A stretch of DNA of 64,000 nucleotides, taken from Ignavibacteria bacterium. Lineage in GTDB: Bacteria; Bacteroidota; Ignavibacteria; Tepidaquicellales; Tepidaquicellaceae. The notes under the pieces were generated by a model, which made no database searches, was not told the DNA's origin, and was given only the letters and a program-made list of their open reading frames with translations. Position numbers and translations under genes: made by a program. Below, one piece after another: positions 61,835-64,000 of this stretch; the first letter of the stretch is position 1, and every line of letters starts with the position of its first letter. The DNA is taken from the NCBI GenBank assembly GCA_035443185.1, contig DAORRV010000001.1, positions 42,191 through 106,190 on the forward strand. Reading direction: 5' to 3'.

Positions 61835-64000
61835 ATGAAAAATCTGTTTTCAACTTCGATGGTGTTTTTTACATTAATCAGCAATTTGTTTTTATCAGGA
61901 AATGCTGATGCACAGATGTTCTGGAATAAAGCATCTGAATTTATTGCTTCAGATTCATCTCACGTTGCAGTTCCAGACAGTCCGTCACTGGACCTAACCG
62001 GAAATTTCACTTTAGAATGCTGGGTAAATCCTGATAGTTCAGTACATCCGTTCAGTCAGATACTTATTCAGAAAAGAACTCCTTCTACAAGCTCAACAGG
62101 ATATGCTTTATATCTGCAACAGGGAAAGGTGACTATTACGATAAATAATAATATCGGTCTGATCGGAAAAACTGTGATTCAAAATAATAAATGGACTCAT
62201 ATAGCAGGAAGATTTATAGTAGCTACCGGTACATTTTCAGTTTATATAAATGGCGTACTGGATACTTCAGTCGCTAAACCCGGAAATACTCCGGCAGTAA
62301 ATAATGATTCAGTGATAACCGGTATTGGCAGAGGAATAGGCGGAATATTCTCCGGAAAGATAGATAATATCAGGATCTGGAACAGAGGACTAACTGCTGC
62401 AGAAATTTTTATGTATCGTTATACTACTCTTGGAGTAAATACGGGAATATATAACGGACTGGTATTGTCACTTCCATTTCAAAAAGAAGAATCTACATCT
62501 CCGGTATTTTCTGTAAATGATTATTCAGGAGCGGGCAATAATGGCTTTGCAAGAAATCTGACTTCGTTTGATATGAGTAATGAACTTTCACAAATTGTTA
62601 CATACAATGAAAGTGCAGAGTTTGACGGAAACGATGACTATTTATCAGCATCATCAAATACGGCATTGTCACCTGTTCAATCAGTTACTTTAGAAGCTTG
62701 GATTTATCCCAAATCTGTTTCCAACTCTGTAATTATACATAAAGGATCTGATAACGGAGCAGTGACAAATTTCAGATTAGGAATTGAGAATAGAAAACTT
62801 TATGCAGGCATAAAACAGAATTTTAATTTTATTTCAAATGATACTATTGGTGTTAATAAATGGAGTCATGTTGCATTTACATATTCAGGAATTACAGGTA
62901 AGTACTGTTTTTATCTGAATGGAAAAATGATTATAGATAGTACTAACATCATTGGTCTGATCTCAAGCTCTTCAGATTCACTTTATATTGGCGGTTCGGT
63001 TTCACTTCCGGATTTTAATGGCTTCATAGACGAGGTAAGAATTACCGAAGATGAAAAAACAAATTCTGAAATTACAGAAAACATTTTCAGATCAGTGGAT
63101 AAATCCAATGAAAGTATTTATGATGATGTTGTATATAATCTCGACGGACTTAATCTTTCCAATACCGGACAGGGAACTAAACTTAACTTCAGAAACAACG
63201 CTGCATTTTCTCATCCAGCTGCCAATACTTTGAAACCTGTTTCACCATGTCTCAGATCAGGTGCAAATTATTTTCAGGGGTCATTTAATTTAAGTAAGAC
63301 TGATCTCAGGATTCCGTTTTCTGGAGACGCCGGAATATCTGAAGATGAAATTGAAATTTATGAAAATATACCGATCACTGACGTTAATGTTTTTGTAGCA
63401 ATGAACCATGAAAATATGAATAATATCAGAATATTATTAACTGCACCAAATAATCAGTATGCTTTGCTTTATAATGAAAGTTATAACGCAGGAGTTGATG
63501 AAAATCTCATAACTGTATTTGATGATCAGGGAGCTCTGCCTAATTCAAATACTTACACATCTTTTTCTCCTTCCATTCAGGGAAATGTAAATTTAAATTC
63601 CGCATTTACCGGGAATACAAAAGGCACATGGAAGCTCACGATATTTGATGACACAGGTACTGACACGGGCAGGCTTTATTGCTGGGGGATCAGGTTCAAT
63701 AATAAAACTGCTTCAGAAAATATTCTTGAAACAAGTTTACATATAGAAGGATTTTATAATGAAGCTGCAAATAATACAATTAGAGATACAATTACATATA
63801 ATCTTAGAAAATTTAATTCACCTTATAATATTATTGAATCCAAAAAATTCTATCTTCCTTTGAATAATCTGTCATATGTAAGTTTCAATAATGTTGTTGA
63901 AGCTGCACCTTATTATATTGAAGCTGTCCACAGAAATTCGATTGGAGTATGGAGTGCATCTGATGTTACATTCAGTCCATTTTCACATCTTGCGACTCAT
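61835..64000 (+). CDS. Secreted protein, 3'-truncated by the window edge: 2 x LamG (Laminin_G_3) + proprotein-convertase P-domain + beta-sandwich-like module (not in the supplied ORF track)
   Basis: I translated it manually from the ATG at 61835: 722 codons with no stop up to nt 64000. Signal peptide 'MKNLFSTSMVFFTLISNLFLSGNADA'. LamG patterns 'LTGNFTLECWVNP...NKWTHIAG...YINGVLD...FSGKIDNIRIWNRGLTAAEI' and 'VTLEAWIYPK...NKWSHVAFTY...YLNGKMI...FNGFIDEVRI'. P-domain 'ITDVNVFVAMNHENMNNIRILLTAPNNQYALL...GTWKLTIFDDTGTDTGRLYCWGIRF'. Confidence 0.75.
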   Translation, partial: MKNLFSTSMVFFTLISNLFLSGNADAQMFWNKASEFIASDSSHVAVPDSPSLDLTGNFTLECWVNPDSSVHPFSQILIQKRTPSTSSTGYALYLQQGKVTITINNNIGLIGKTVIQNNKWTHIAGRFIVATGTFSVYINGVLDTSVAKPGNTPAVNNDSVITGIGRGIGGIFSGKIDNIRIWNRGLTAAEIFMYRYTTLGVNTGIYNGLVLSLPFQKEESTSPVFSVNDYSGAGNNGFARNLTSFDMSNELSQIVTYNESAEFDGNDDYLSASSNTALSPVQSVTLEAWIYPKSVSNSVIIHKGSDNGAVTNFRLGIENRKLYAGIKQNFNFISNDTIGVNKWSHVAFTYSGITGKYCFYLNGKMIIDSTNIIGLISSSSDSLYIGGSVSLPDFNGFIDEVRITEDEKTNSEITENIFRSVDKSNESIYDDVVYNLDGLNLSNTGQGTKLNFRNNAAFSHPAANTLKPVSPCLRSGANYFQGSFNLSKTDLRIPFSGDAGISEDEIEIYENIPITDVNVFVAMNHENMNNIRILLTAPNNQYALLYNESYNAGVDENLITVFDDQGALPNSNTYTSFSPSIQGNVNLNSAFTGNTKGTWKLTIFDDTGTDTGRLYCWGIRFNNKTASENILETSLHIEGFYNEAANNTIRDTITYNLRKFNSPYNIIESKKFYLPLNNLSYVSFNNVVEAAPYYIEAVHRNSIGVWSASDVTFSPFSHLATH

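Overview
AT-rich bacterial chromosomal segment (roughly one-third G+C by eye, not computed). It is gene-dense, and I saw no rRNA, CRISPR array, transposase or integrase. Three proteins end in a T9SS-type C-terminal sorting domain ('YPNPFNP...'), there are many multihaem cytochromes, and most starts lack a Shine-Dalgarno sequence. Together these suggest an FCB-group organism, plausibly Ignavibacteriota; this taxon call is inference only.

Layout:
- 2-5255: respiratory/extracellular-electron-transfer-like cluster. It holds a b-type cytochrome fragment, two tandem tetrahaem cytochromes, an outer-membrane beta-barrel, a 14-haem cytochrome and a lipoprotein multihaem cytochrome.
- 5256-5955: 700-bp ORF-free spacer with three copies of a 20-bp palindrome.
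- 5956-11061: M15 peptidase, ccmF-ccmE (System I, with a Cys-variant CcmE) and two lipoproteins.
- 11243-29321: peptidase-rich accessory stretch (M1, giant S8, M23, S9, S41), plus HU, two tRNA-Ser genes and small stress or detoxification-type genes (a MarR-GNAT fusion and MOSC, RidA and HdeD-like proteins).
- 29701-32130: ECF sigma module.
- 32246-39733: CHAP lysin, a beta-barrel protein, a BNR-propeller T9SS protein, a GT9 heptosyltransferase, and DUF4397-like and DUF3667-like proteins.
- 39740-45745: the most unusual locus. Five tandem secreted paralogs of two alternating types (A-B-A-B-A), with ATGA-coupled A-B pairs and dockerin-like C-termini.
- 45946-56538: housekeeping genes (prs, an E2 acyltransferase, an S8 peptidase, gmhA, waaA, frr, pyrH, tsf, rpsB, rpsI, rplM).
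- 56834-64000: a T9SS FG-GAP/ASPIC protein, two unknown proteins, and a 3'-open ORF missing from the supplied track (LamG x2 plus a proprotein-convertase P-domain).

All family assignments come from motif recognition by eye. No database search or computation was possible.
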